From positions 32,001 through 96,000 of IMG/VR virus record IMGVR_UViG_3300025929_000014: a stretch of DNA of 64,000 bases; one strand, 5' to 3'. Below, piece by piece: positions 18,095 through 27,866 of the stretch (positions within the stretch are counted from its first letter, which is position 1; every line of letters starts with the position of its first letter). The stretch is from a virus. A program made the position numbers and the translations under genes. Below the pieces are notes generated by a model that saw only the letters and a program-made list of their open reading frames with translations, was not told where the DNA came from and ran no database searches.

Positions 18095-19029
18095 TGAAAG
18101 GAACAGCAATGACCACAGAAGCTCCGCCGCTCCCGCCGCCGCCCATAGCGGTGGTAGCGCCCGCACCGCCCATAGCAGCGACCGCGCCTCCCTTGCCGGC
18201 TGCAGCGCCGGCACCCATCCAGCGTCCCTTTACCATCGTGCAGGAAGGCGCGAATCCCAGCGCCTCCGGCCCGCTCAAGATGATGGTCTATGGCACCTAC
18301 GGCTCCGGCAAGACTTATCTCGCCGGCACCGCTCAGCAGGTCGAGCAGATGCGCGACGTGCTCTACCTGGACGTGGAGGGTGGCTCGCGCACCCTGGTCG
18401 GGCGGGGCATCGACCGTATACCCTGCCAGAACTTCACCACGCTCAACTGGATTAAGGAGTGGCTCATCCGCCACGCCCAGCTCCGGGAAGCCGGCAACAT
18501 CGACGGGCTGCGCAACTGGCAGTCGCAGGTGACCGGTAGCGTGCCGGACCAGCCGCGCCAGTACCGAACGATCATCATCGACTCTCTCTCCGAGCTGGCC
18601 AAGCTGCTGCTGCTCGAACTCTCTGGAGTGAAGATCGGCGCCTCTCACCTGGATGCGCAGATCGATAATCCGCAGAGCGAGGAGTGGGGGCAGCTCTCTG
18701 CCCGCATCAGTCTCCTCGTTCGTACCTTCGTGAACCTGCCGTTCCATATCATCTTCGTGGCGTCGGCCGTCGAGAAGGAAGATGAGGTCAAGCGCCGCTT
18801 CTTCCAGCCGAACTTCAACGGCAAGATGGCGAAGGATGTGCAGGGTTTCCTGGACTGCGTGGCCTACCTCGCCGTGCAGCACAACGAGGCCGGCGAATCT
18901 CAGCGCGTGCTGTCGCTGACGCCGGGCCGCAACTATGACGCCAAGCACCGCTTCACCGGCGCCACCAAAACGCAGATCGCCAACCCGTCGATGGCCGATA
19001 TCTTCGCATTGCATACAGGAGGCAAATAA
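18094..19029 (+). CDS. Sak4-like AAA ATPase/recombinase
   Basis: YGTYGSGKT, LDVEGG, IIIDSLS; between nuclease and SSB-like gene. Confidence 0.8.
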   Translation: MKGTAMTTEAPPLPPPPIAVVAPAPPIAATAPPLPAAAPAPIQRPFTIVQEGANPSASGPLKMMVYGTYGSGKTYLAGTAQQVEQMRDVLYLDVEGGSRTLVGRGIDRIPCQNFTTLNWIKEWLIRHAQLREAGNIDGLRNWQSQVTGSVPDQPRQYRTIIIDSLSELAKLLLLELSGVKIGASHLDAQIDNPQSEEWGQLSARISLLVRTFVNLPFHIIFVASAVEKEDEVKRRFFQPNFNGKMAKDVQGFLDCVAYLAVQHNEAGESQRVLSLTPGRNYDAKHRFTGATKTQIANPSMADIFALHTGGK

Positions 19030-19031
19030 CT

Positions 19032-19625
19032 ATGAGCGACCTTCAACTCGTACCCAGCCACAATGGCACTCCCGATTTTCCGGCGCCGCCTGAGAACTTC
19101 TTCGGCGCCAGCTCCTTCGGGAGCGCGCCCCAGAGTGGTTCCTTCGCCCCGAACGCCCAGAGCGGCGATGCCGGCGCCGTCTTCACCTTCGGCGACGTGG
19201 ATCCTGAGTTCCGTTCGGCGCGGCCGGTCTTCCCCAATGGCACCTACGACAGCACGATCATCACCGCCCAGCTCAATAAGGGGAAGGCTTCCGGCTTCCG
19301 CCAGATCAAGCTGAATATCAAGGCATACGACAACGACGGCCGCACGGTGTCGGTCTTCCATTACCTGGGCCTGGAAGGCGACACGCCGGAGAAGACCAAG
19401 GAGAAGCTGGCCGCTACCGTGCGGGTGATCAAGGCCGTCGCGCCCACGCTGGATCTCCGCTCCTTCGTCCCCTCCAACGACGAGCATATCGAGCGCCTGT
19501 GCGCCGAGCTGGCCAACCGCACCTGCCGGGCCAAGCTGAAGAGCGAGACCTACCAGGGTCAGGCATCCAACAAGGTGGACTTCGACGGCATCCTGCCCCC
19601 CAGCAAGGGCTTTAGCTTCCAATAA
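19032..19625 (+). CDS. ssDNA-binding protein (DUF669-like)
   Basis: PNGTY...ETYQG..NKV OB-fold pattern; follows Sak4-like gene. Confidence 0.65.
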   Translation: MSDLQLVPSHNGTPDFPAPPENFFGASSFGSAPQSGSFAPNAQSGDAGAVFTFGDVDPEFRSARPVFPNGTYDSTIITAQLNKGKASGFRQIKLNIKAYDNDGRTVSVFHYLGLEGDTPEKTKEKLAATVRVIKAVAPTLDLRSFVPSNDEHIERLCAELANRTCRAKLKSETYQGQASNKVDFDGILPPSKGFSFQ

Positions 19626-19633
19626 GTAGCCAC

Positions 19634-19663
19634 GAGGGCCGGCATCACTTGCCGGCCCTCTTT
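19634..19663 (+). terminator. intrinsic terminator
   Basis: GAGGGCCGGC-N7-GCCGGCCCTC-TTT. Confidence 0.75.
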
Positions 19664-19676
19664 AAGGGGACGAAAG

Positions 19677-20285
19677 TTGTCAGGTAGCAACCTACCACTG
19701 ATTGGGCTCAAGGGGCATAAAGGCGCCGGCAAGGATTCAGTCGCGAGTATATTGTGCTGCCGGCCCTACAACTTCGTCCGGCGCGCGTTCGCCGACGAGC
19801 TAAAGCGTGAGGTGTACAACGCATTCGGGTACGCCCTGCTGCTCCAGCTCTACGCCAAGGAACAAATAGAGGGCTGCGCCTTCGCCGACTGGATGGGGTT
19901 CCTCGACGCGCATAAATATGATGCGCCGGATGCAGAATACGGCTGGGTGCGTCCCCTGCTGCAGTTCTGGGGCACTGAGTATCGGCGCCAGCTGTGTCGG
20001 GACGATTACTGGCTGCGCAAAATGGAGGCCCTGCTCATGCCCGGCGTGGTGGTGACCGATATCCGCTTTCCCAACGAGGCGGACCTGGTGCGTAAGGCAG
20101 GCGGCTGGATCGTGCATGTCGAGCGCCCCATGGAGGTAACGCCCGATACGCATGCGTCGGAGGCGCTGCTGGATGCCATTGCCGCCGACTACACGCTCTA
20201 TAACGACGGCAGCCTGGAGGATCTGCGTACCGAAGCGGTGACGCTGATCCCCTTCTTGCAAGAACAAGAAGGTGTACGTGGATAG
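19677..20285 (+). CDS. deoxynucleoside monophosphate kinase
   Basis: GHKGAGKDS, FADELK, RPLLQFWGTE, TDIRFPNE. Confidence 0.88.
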   Translation: MSGSNLPLIGLKGHKGAGKDSVASILCCRPYNFVRRAFADELKREVYNAFGYALLLQLYAKEQIEGCAFADWMGFLDAHKYDAPDAEYGWVRPLLQFWGTEYRRQLCRDDYWLRKMEALLMPGVVVTDIRFPNEADLVRKAGGWIVHVERPMEVTPDTHASEALLDAIAADYTLYNDGSLEDLRTEAVTLIPFLQEQEGVRG

Positions 20286-21006
20286 CGCCGGCCTGGTCAT
20301 CTTCGATTTCGACGACACGCTTGTTGAGACCTCGTTCCTCTACACGGAGGCGACCGACGAGTACGTAGATCTGGTGTCTTTTTGGGGCTTCGACCGGCAG
20401 CTGGTGCGGACCACGTTTCTGGAGCACGACCGGCTGGCGATGGAGACGCACGGCTTCGGGAAGCGTTGCCGCTTCCCGGATTCCATGGAGGCGACGCTTC
20501 GAGCAATCTGGGTGCCGGGTGGGGCTGTCGGCGTGGAGCCTTTTGCCTGGATGGTCAAGGCCGTCAGGAGCATCGGCTTCTCCGTCTTCCGGCGCCATTC
20601 GGTGTCCAAGCCTGACCTGCACGAGGCCCTGGGCACGCTGCATGGCTTCGGGTACGAGCTGCGCCTGCACACCATGGGCGATCCCGCAGTGCAACAGAAG
20701 CGCATCGACCACGCCGGCATCCGGGAGTATTTCTGGCACATCAACATTCCGTCGGCCAAGGATAGCGACGAGCTGGAGGCCATGTGCTATGGCTACCCCA
20801 AAGGCAGTATCTGGTCCGTCGGCGACTCCGTGCGCAGCGACATTATGCCGTCGCTCATGCTGGGTCTCAAGACCATCCGCGTATACGCCGATGCCTGCCG
20901 GCCGGGATATGACACGACGCAGGACGTTGCTCATGGCAACTACTGGCACGCGCCGAGCCTGAAGACGGCCGTTGACATCATTTTAGCGGAAGATGGGTTG
21001 CAATGA
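20272..21006 (+). CDS. HAD-superfamily hydrolase
   Basis: FDFDDTL; VGDSVRSDI. Confidence 0.88.
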   Translation: MYVDSAGLVIFDFDDTLVETSFLYTEATDEYVDLVSFWGFDRQLVRTTFLEHDRLAMETHGFGKRCRFPDSMEATLRAIWVPGGAVGVEPFAWMVKAVRSIGFSVFRRHSVSKPDLHEALGTLHGFGYELRLHTMGDPAVQQKRIDHAGIREYFWHINIPSAKDSDELEAMCYGYPKGSIWSVGDSVRSDIMPSLMLGLKTIRVYADACRPGYDTTQDVAHGNYWHAPSLKTAVDIILAEDGLQ

Positions 21007-21290
21007 ACAAGTTTTTACAGTTCGTGGGTGTGATTGCGCTCATGTTTGGCGCCTATATCTTGATGGGCTTCGCCGTACAGCAGCTCTGGGGTTGGTTCGT
21101 CGTCCCGTTCTTTCATCTTAGCGCAATCGGCATCGCCGAAGCCCTGGGGTTGACACTGCTCGGCTCTGCCGCCTCGAACTTCAACCCGATCAAGAGCGGT
21201 GATTTCTCGGCAAGGTTCTTGGTTCTTCTGATGATTTTCCGCCCGGCAGGCATCCTGGCCACCGGCTTTCTCCTGCACCTGTTCCTGTAA
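21003..21290 (+). CDS. membrane protein
   Basis: about three hydrophobic segments. Confidence 0.7.
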   Translation: MNKFLQFVGVIALMFGAYILMGFAVQQLWGWFVVPFFHLSAIGIAEALGLTLLGSAASNFNPIKSGDFSARFLVLLMIFRPAGILATGFLLHLFL

Positions 21291-23986
21291 TGAGTACCTG
21301 CGCTGACTGCCCCTACAAAGGTGACTCCTGCGGCTTTCGCGGACCCATCGACGCCCCCGTCGTGATCGTGGGCGAGGCGCCCAGCTTCAACGACCTGGCT
21401 GCCGGGAAACCGTTCTCCGGTGATGCCGGTCAGCTGCTCAAGGGCGTCATCGCGGCCGCAGGTTATGGCGACCTGCCCATTCTGTACACCAATGCCATGG
21501 TCTGCAAGCCGGACTTTTCCGATGAGCCGTTCGCCAAAGGCATTGCGGCCTGTCGGATGCGCCTCTTGGCGGAAGTGAACATGTATCCCCGCAGGATGGT
21601 GATCGCTCTGGGCACCAGCGCACTGCGCGGCCTTATTGGAGGTGCTGGCGAGGATACCAAGCTCAGGGGCCAGTTCCTGAAGCTCTTCAACGGCACGCCC
21701 CTGATGGTCACCTATCGTCCAGGCGCCGTGTTGCGTGCCGTCGGCTATTACCGCCACTTTGCGCGCGATATACGCCGGGCGCTGGCGGTTGGCGCCGGTG
21801 AGCCCCGTCCAGATCCGGGCGAGACGCAGCATGTCGTGCTCGATGCGGCCGGCACACGCGCCCTGGTGCCGAACCTGCTCGCTCTGCCGCATGGACAGCT
21901 GGTGGCATTTGACGTGGAGACTACCGGTCTCAATCCGCGCCTGAACAAAGTAACGTTTCTGGGTATCTCCTACGAGCCGCACCATACCTTCATCATCCCG
22001 GCCGCGCATATCCCCTTGCTGGCGCCCGCCATGCTGGGCGCGAATGCGCGCTGGGTCGGCCACAACGTCCAGTTCGACGTGAAGTTCTTGCAGGCGGCCG
22101 GCCTCGACGTGCCGCTCCATCACGATACACAGATTATGTCGTATTGCCTGGATGAAGTCCCTGGCGGGCATGGGCTCAAGGCGTTGGCCAACGAGCACCT
22201 GGGCACCAACGACTACGAGGCGGCGCTGGATGTCTATAAGAAGAAGCACGGCATCGTCGGCGACTACAGCCAGATCCCCAACGAGATCCTACTGCCCTAT
22301 CTGGCGATGGATGCCGACTACACGCTGCGCCTGGCGAACCTGCTCCTGCCCCAGGTGGAGGCCCAGCCGGACCTGAAGCACCTCTACTATAACACGCTGC
22401 TGCCGGCGACCCGCGCGCTCCTCAAAGTGGAGGCTGCCGGGCTCTGGATGGATCCTGAGCGGACTGAACTTGCTCGCGCGTCCATTACGGTGGAGCGGGA
22501 TAACCGGCTGGCCGAGCTGGAGGATCTGGCCTACGGCATCTGGGATACGGAAGCCTATCGTCGGGATACGGGGTCCAGGGCGGGCGTTAAGGGGCCGTCC
22601 GCCGCGCAGGTCGCGCACATCAGTTCGACGGATAAGAAGAAGATCGACTGGATGCTGAAACGTCTGGAGCTGGGCTATGTGCTCCCCAGCCTGCAGGAGA
22701 AGGCGCTGCGCGATGCCATAGCCGCCCTACCGACAGATCGTGTGGCAGGCCACTTCCTGCAGGTGTTGCAGGGCCTGCGCATGGCCGATAAGGAGCTAAA
22801 AGCGCTCAGGAAGGAAGAGCATACGGATAAGGAGGCGATAGACGCCGCCAATGACCTCAAGACGCGTGCCAAGGCGATCTTCGACTCCTGGGAGCATGCC
22901 TACTGGAAGCCGGCCGAGTATCAAGCCGAACGCGAGACCCGCACGGCCGTAGACTTCACGCCGGGCAGCCCGGCACAGGTCTTGTGGCTGCTCAAGAAGA
23001 TGGGTATTCCGGTCTCCAATACGCAGGAAGACACCATCAAAGGGTATGCGGCGACAGTGCCCTTTATCGAATCGCTACTGGGCTATCGTGGCGCCGTCAA
23101 GTCGCTGGGCACCTACGTGGATGCCATTTCGGAGATCGTAGCCAAAGAGCCGGACGGTCGGGTGCATGCCACCTTCCGCTTGACGACCGTCGTCACCGGG
23201 CGGCTCTCATCGGCCGAGCCCAACCTGCAGAATATCCCACGAGATCCGATGTTGCGGGGTATGTTCGGGGCGCCACCAGGACGCATCCTGGTGGAGGCCG
23301 ATCTCTCGCAGGCCGAGCTGCGGGTGCTGGCCCATCTCTCTGGTGATGCCTTCTTGCGCCAGGTCTATGCCGAAGGGCGCGATCTGCACAGCGAAATGGC
23401 GGCCAGCGTCTTCGGGCCAAACTTCACGCCGGAGCAGCGCACCAAGACCAAGATCCTGAACTTCGGCGTGATCTACGGCATGAGCGCGCATTCACTCTCC
23501 GCTCAGTTCGAGATGCCCCTCAAAGAGGCGGAAGGCATCATCACCCGCTGGTATGAGCGGGTGCCGCAAGCCAAAGCCTACCTGGAAGCCTGCCGGCAGG
23601 CGCCGCTCAAGGGGCATGTGCTGACCACGCCGTTTGGCCGGCGCCGTCGGTACGGGCTGATTACCAACGAGAACATGGATGCCGTCCAGCGCGAGGCCAC
23701 GAACTACGCCATCCAATCGACGGCCAGCGACATTGCGCTCCATGCTGCTATCGTGGTGCAGCCCCAGCTGCCGGCGCTGGACGCCTTCATCGTCAATATC
23801 GTCCACGACTCCATTCTGGTGGAGTGCCCCAATGACGCCCAAACGCCCAACCTGGTCGCTCGCCTTCTGGTGGAGACCATGCGGCGTATCCCCGCCGAGC
23901 GTATCGGCTTTACGGTCCCCATGGATGCCGACGCCAAGATTGGCCGCCATTGGGGGCAGATGCAGAAATGGAAGGAGCAAGGGTGA
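21290..23986 (+). CDS. polA: family A DNA polymerase with N-terminal family-4 UDG-like domain and 3'-5' exonuclease
   Basis: VGEAP..GKPFSG (UDG); DVETTG, HNVQFD, YLAMD (exo); DLSQAELR, KILNFGVIYG, VHDS (pol A/B/C). Confidence 0.95.
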   Translation: MSTCADCPYKGDSCGFRGPIDAPVVIVGEAPSFNDLAAGKPFSGDAGQLLKGVIAAAGYGDLPILYTNAMVCKPDFSDEPFAKGIAACRMRLLAEVNMYPRRMVIALGTSALRGLIGGAGEDTKLRGQFLKLFNGTPLMVTYRPGAVLRAVGYYRHFARDIRRALAVGAGEPRPDPGETQHVVLDAAGTRALVPNLLALPHGQLVAFDVETTGLNPRLNKVTFLGISYEPHHTFIIPAAHIPLLAPAMLGANARWVGHNVQFDVKFLQAAGLDVPLHHDTQIMSYCLDEVPGGHGLKALANEHLGTNDYEAALDVYKKKHGIVGDYSQIPNEILLPYLAMDADYTLRLANLLLPQVEAQPDLKHLYYNTLLPATRALLKVEAAGLWMDPERTELARASITVERDNRLAELEDLAYGIWDTEAYRRDTGSRAGVKGPSAAQVAHISSTDKKKIDWMLKRLELGYVLPSLQEKALRDAIAALPTDRVAGHFLQVLQGLRMADKELKALRKEEHTDKEAIDAANDLKTRAKAIFDSWEHAYWKPAEYQAERETRTAVDFTPGSPAQVLWLLKKMGIPVSNTQEDTIKGYAATVPFIESLLGYRGAVKSLGTYVDAISEIVAKEPDGRVHATFRLTTVVTGRLSSAEPNLQNIPRDPMLRGMFGAPPGRILVEADLSQAELRVLAHLSGDAFLRQVYAEGRDLHSEMAASVFGPNFTPEQRTKTKILNFGVIYGMSAHSLSAQFEMPLKEAEGIITRWYERVPQAKAYLEACRQAPLKGHVLTTPFGRRRRYGLITNENMDAVQREATNYAIQSTASDIALHAAIVVQPQLPALDAFIVNIVHDSILVECPNDAQTPNLVARLLVETMRRIPAERIGFTVPMDADAKIGRHWGQMQKWKEQG

Positions 23987-25047
23987 GCAGTTTTGAGGTC
24001 AAGGTCTACCCCATAGAGCTGCACCCGCACGAGAACGCGGATGCGCTTGAAATCGGCCGTATACCAGGCCAGGATTATCAGTTTGTTGTGCGCAAGGGCC
24101 AGTTCGTGGACGGCGATCTCTTTGTCTATATCCCCGAACAGGCGGTGCTTCCGCAGGATCTCATCGAGGGTATGGGTTTAACCGGAATGTTGCACGGCAG
24201 CAACAAAAACCGGGTGAAGCCGATTCGCCTGCGCGGCGTATTGAGCCAGGGTCTGGCGCATAGGCCGGTTGTCTGGCCTCCCGACTGGGAGCTGGGCATG
24301 GACGTTGGCGACGAGCTGGGCATCACCAAGTATGAGCCGGTTGTCCCCACGCATCTGGAGGGGAGGGTCAAGCCGGCACCTAACCTACCGCGTGCGCCGG
24401 GCGGATCGCTCTTCCAGGGCTACACCGACATCGACAACATCAAGAAGTTTCGCGATGTCCTGCAGCCTGGTGAGCTGGTCTATGTGACGGAGAAGCTCCA
24501 TGGCACCTGCCTTCTGGTCGGCAGCCTGTGTGGCGAGCGGGTGGTTTCCAGCCTGGGGTTGGCCCGGCGTGGCTACATGCTGGAAGACGACGGCAACGTC
24601 TACTGGGAGACGGCCAAACGCTACGAGCTGCACGACAAGCTGGAGATGATGCTGAAGAGCAAGGGCTGCCAGCAGGGCATGATCTTTGGCGAGATCATCG
24701 GCGTGCAGGATCTCAAGTATGGGCACACGGACGGTCAGACGAGCTTTCAGGCGTTTGACTTACTCCTGGAGGAGTCATATGGCTACCAGCCGTATTATGA
24801 GTTCCTGCCGCGTTGTCTGAGCTATGGTATCCCCACCGTGCCCCTGCTCTTTATCGGTCCTTATGCGCCGGACCACATCCTCTCGCTGACGGCCGGCAGC
24901 AGTTCGCTCGCTGATGTGCGTCATGTCCGGGAGGGCGTGGTCATTCGTCCAGCAGCCGAGCGCCGCCATCCCGCCTTGGGGCGGGTGATTCTGAAGAGCA
25001 TCAATCCCGACTATCTCACGCGCAAGAATGGCAGCGAGTTTCACTGA
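23983..25047 (+). CDS. Rnl2-type RNA ligase (DRB0094-like, N-terminal OB domain)
   Basis: HENADALE, LRGVLSQGL, TEKLHGT, FGE, AFD, REGVVIR, LKSIN. Confidence 0.88.
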   Translation: MSSFEVKVYPIELHPHENADALEIGRIPGQDYQFVVRKGQFVDGDLFVYIPEQAVLPQDLIEGMGLTGMLHGSNKNRVKPIRLRGVLSQGLAHRPVVWPPDWELGMDVGDELGITKYEPVVPTHLEGRVKPAPNLPRAPGGSLFQGYTDIDNIKKFRDVLQPGELVYVTEKLHGTCLLVGSLCGERVVSSLGLARRGYMLEDDGNVYWETAKRYELHDKLEMMLKSKGCQQGMIFGEIIGVQDLKYGHTDGQTSFQAFDLLLEESYGYQPYYEFLPRCLSYGIPTVPLLFIGPYAPDHILSLTAGSSSLADVRHVREGVVIRPAAERRHPALGRVILKSINPDYLTRKNGSEFH

Positions 25048-25364
25048 TGATCGAGATACAACCACAGCCCGGCAGCCTCTACTATCAAACCTTTACTACC
25101 GGAGGGACCACTGTGCCCGCAGAAACGCCGAAGACCAAGCGCCTGGAATATGAGCTGAAGCTCTCGATCTCCAGGGACGACATCCCAGCCGACGACATCG
25201 TGGAGGCCCGCAATCAGATAGAGCGCTGGATCTACGAGGGCATGCAGCTCTTGGCGGACCATTTCACTATCGATCCCGACGACACGGATTTCGTGGATGA
25301 GCAGTGTCATGTTGATAAGACCTACATCAACGAGCTGTCGCTCAAGCAAACCTGGGGCGAGTAA
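25047..25364 (+). CDS. hypothetical acidic protein
   Basis: coupled ORF. Confidence 0.55.
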   Translation: MIEIQPQPGSLYYQTFTTGGTTVPAETPKTKRLEYELKLSISRDDIPADDIVEARNQIERWIYEGMQLLADHFTIDPDDTDFVDEQCHVDKTYINELSLKQTWGE

Positions 25365-25564
25365 TGGCCCTTAGAGCGGTCGTCAAGTATTGCATTACGC
25401 TGTCGGCCGGCGTGGAAGACCTTACCGACCTGGCGCCGGCATTGGCCATCCTGCAACGTGACGTGCGCGACATCGACGAGGTAGTGCATGAGTGCCTCGC
25501 GCACATCGACCTGCGCAAGGTGGAGTATTTGGGGGAGAGACGCGATGACACAGATACTGAGTGA
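25364..25564 (+). CDS. hypothetical protein
   Basis: coupled ORF. Confidence 0.5.
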   Translation: MALRAVVKYCITLSAGVEDLTDLAPALAILQRDVRDIDEVVHECLAHIDLRKVEYLGERRDDTDTE

Positions 25565-25844
25565 CCAGGAACTGTTCACGGCGCTGCAGGTGATGTTGCG
25601 CTCGGCAGTGGAGATCTGCCGTCAGAGCGCTGAAGACATTAGTCCTGTTCCTGCTTCGCGTGCGTTGGTTGATGTATTGGTGCAAGCCTCATTGCTGCCG
25701 GAGTTTGATACGCCTATCTTCAGCGCCTTGAAGCTGCTCGATGTCGCCTGGCATGAGATTTCTCCAAACAGTATTGATTTTGCCGGTATGGAGGTGCTTT
25801 GCACCGCCCTCGCCGATCTCCTGGAGGTGCAGCGTGGCCGCTAA
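25545..25844 (+). CDS. hypothetical protein
   Basis: GGGGAG RBS. Confidence 0.55.
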   Translation: MTQILSDQELFTALQVMLRSAVEICRQSAEDISPVPASRALVDVLVQASLLPEFDTPIFSALKLLDVAWHEISPNSIDFAGMEVLCTALADLLEVQRGR

Positions 25845-26610
25845 GGTCTATATTGTCGGTCGTCCATATATCGACTGGTGGGCCGTCTCTAACTTCCTTA
25901 AAGCGGAGACGGGCGACGGGCTCTCCTGGCAACGTGATGCGGAAGAGGGCGACGAGATTCGTACTGTCTATGATGGGCAGGAGCTGTGCGAGCTGGCTGG
26001 TCGTGTCTGTTATATGAGCTTTGGTGAGAGCCAGGGGCGTAAGACCAACAAGCACTACCTAGACAACATACTGTCCTCCGGGCATGGGTCGGTGCTGGAG
26101 CATGCCAACTGGAACGTGATCGTCACCGGCATCAGCCGCACCTGCAGCCACGAGTTGGTGCGGCACCGGGCCGGCTGGAGCTACTCGCAGCTCTCGCAGC
26201 GCTATGTGGATGAGTCACAGGTTGAAGTCGTAATGCCGTCCGCTATCGCGTCGCTGGGGCGTGACGCGCAGCGTGCCTGGGAAGCAGATATGCGCGATGC
26301 GCGTGAAACCTATAAGCATTGGGCCGATGTGCTCCAGAAGGCGCAACCGGCCGATATGACGACACGCGAGGCCCGCTTGGCTGCCCGTCAGGCTGCTCGC
26401 TCGGTGCTCCCCAACGCGACGGAGACCAAGATCTTCATCACCGCTAACTGTCGGGCGCTCCGTCATTTTTTCACTCTGCGGGGATCCCTGGCGGCCGAGC
26501 CGGAGATTCGCGCCCTGGCACATCAATGGCTTCCGCTGATGCACAAAGAGAGCCCGCATCTCTTCGGTGATCTGCAGATCGTGGATGGGGCGATCACATG
26601 CGTCTCCTAG
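25834..26610 (+). CDS. thyX: FAD-dependent thymidylate synthase
   Basis: HGSVLEH, SHELVRHR-x7-SQRY, ARSVLPNA. Confidence 0.95.
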   Translation: MAAKVYIVGRPYIDWWAVSNFLKAETGDGLSWQRDAEEGDEIRTVYDGQELCELAGRVCYMSFGESQGRKTNKHYLDNILSSGHGSVLEHANWNVIVTGISRTCSHELVRHRAGWSYSQLSQRYVDESQVEVVMPSAIASLGRDAQRAWEADMRDARETYKHWADVLQKAQPADMTTREARLAARQAARSVLPNATETKIFITANCRALRHFFTLRGSLAAEPEIRALAHQWLPLMHKESPHLFGDLQIVDGAITCVS

Positions 26611-26897
26611 CCGGTGTGGTGCTCTGGCTGGCGCTGTGCGGCGCACTGCTCTTTGCAGGCGTCTCCATCGCTTACGCGCAGCCGGCGAATGCGTTGCGTA
26701 CGGCAGTGCTGCGGCTGCAATGGGACTGGACGCAGTATCGTTGGGGGCCGATAAACCATTACGTCTGGACTAACTACTATGCGTCAAAGCCGCCGACCTA
26801 CAGTTCTGTGTGCTGGCCGAAGGCGGGAGGGACCGGTTTCGATTGTCCCTACGATTGGCCGGACGCCCAGCTGCTTCCGACCCGGTACGAGCCATGA
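26598..26897 (+). CDS. small secreted/membrane protein
   Basis: N-terminal hydrophobic helix ending AYA. Confidence 0.55.
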   Translation: MRLLAGVVLWLALCGALLFAGVSIAYAQPANALRTAVLRLQWDWTQYRWGPINHYVWTNYYASKPPTYSSVCWPKAGGTGFDCPYDWPDAQLLPTRYEP

Positions 26898-27064
26898 AGA
26901 TTCTCTGGAAGTTCCTTGACGGGATCTATCTCGGAGTCGTCCTGTGGGCAACATTCGCGCTGCTGGTCGAGGGGCAGCAGCAGCACCAACTCTGGTGGGC
27001 ATTGGGGGTCGGCATCGGCATAGGGGAACGCTACGCGCGCTGGATCTACACGAAGGAGGCATGA
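26894..27064 (+). CDS. small membrane protein
   Basis: two hydrophobic segments; ATGA coupling. Confidence 0.5.
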   Translation: MKILWKFLDGIYLGVVLWATFALLVEGQQQHQLWWALGVGIGIGERYARWIYTKEA

Positions 27065-27081
27065 CATGAAAGTAAAAGGCA

Positions 27082-27336
27082 ATGATCGACACATCCACGT
27101 TGGCCCAAGAATTGCGCATCGTCCAGGAGAATCTCTCCGCTCCCTACGTCCAGCTGGATCGCCTGTACCGGCGTTACCGTTCGACACGTTTGGCTGCCCT
27201 GGCCCCAATCTTAGGTCACTATCAGGCCATCAACAGCCTGTTGGCGGACCTGATAGCGGACCTGAAGAACGTGCCGGCGCCCTTGCTCGCCGGGGAGGAT
27301 TGCGATGAGCCTGGCGCGCATCCAGTCGGTGCCTGA
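27082..27336 (+). CDS. hypothetical protein
   Basis: ORF in operon. Confidence 0.5.
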   Translation: MIDTSTLAQELRIVQENLSAPYVQLDRLYRRYRSTRLAALAPILGHYQAINSLLADLIADLKNVPAPLLAGEDCDEPGAHPVGA

Positions 27337-27532
27337 TGTCACGTTCCAGTATGTGCCGCTCTTCTTCTGCGGCTGGTGGATGCTCTCCGCCCATGCGCGC
27401 ACCTATCCGCCCAGGTGGCTGACGTTAGGCTGGGGCTTTGCTCATAGCCGCATGGCCGCTATCTACAAGGCAGAGGCCATACTGGAGAACCATGGCGCCC
27501 TGCAGCCGCCTCCGGTGGTGTTCCATGGGTAG
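27305..27532 (+). CDS. hypothetical protein
   Basis: GGAGG RBS. Confidence 0.5.
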   Translation: MSLARIQSVPDVTFQYVPLFFCGWWMLSAHARTYPPRWLTLGWGFAHSRMAAIYKAEAILENHGALQPPPVVFHG

Positions 27533-27866
27533 GCCCATTGAGCGCTTCTACGCCTATCGCGGCGAGCTGAATGTTGATTCCGTGCAACATTTCATGGGTG
27601 CCATTTGGAAGGACTACAACCGTACATCGCCGGATGCGCTGCGCTGCGCAAAGGGGACGGCGCTGCTGTTACGCCGCTCGCTGCCGGCATATCTGTATTT
27701 TTACGCCGACATCAATTTCCTTACAGATGACACGATTTCTGCCGTCGTCAATCCCATGGACGGTAGGACGGTGCCTATCGAAGTGGACGGCGATCTCCCC
27801 CTTGGCACCTTCCTGGCAGAGCGGGATGGCGAGTATTGGGCGCTGGTGCCGGAGGCGACGCTATGA
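27525..27866 (+). CDS. hypothetical protein
   Basis: coupled ORF. Confidence 0.55.
   Translation: MGRPIERFYAYRGELNVDSVQHFMGAIWKDYNRTSPDALRCAKGTALLLRRSLPAYLYFYADINFLTDDTISAVVNPMDGRTVPIEVDGDLPLGTFLAERDGEYWALVPEATL

Noticed and set aside
22520-23103. Intein in PolA
   Set aside because: No N-terminal C/S block, C-terminal HN or LAGLIDADG motifs
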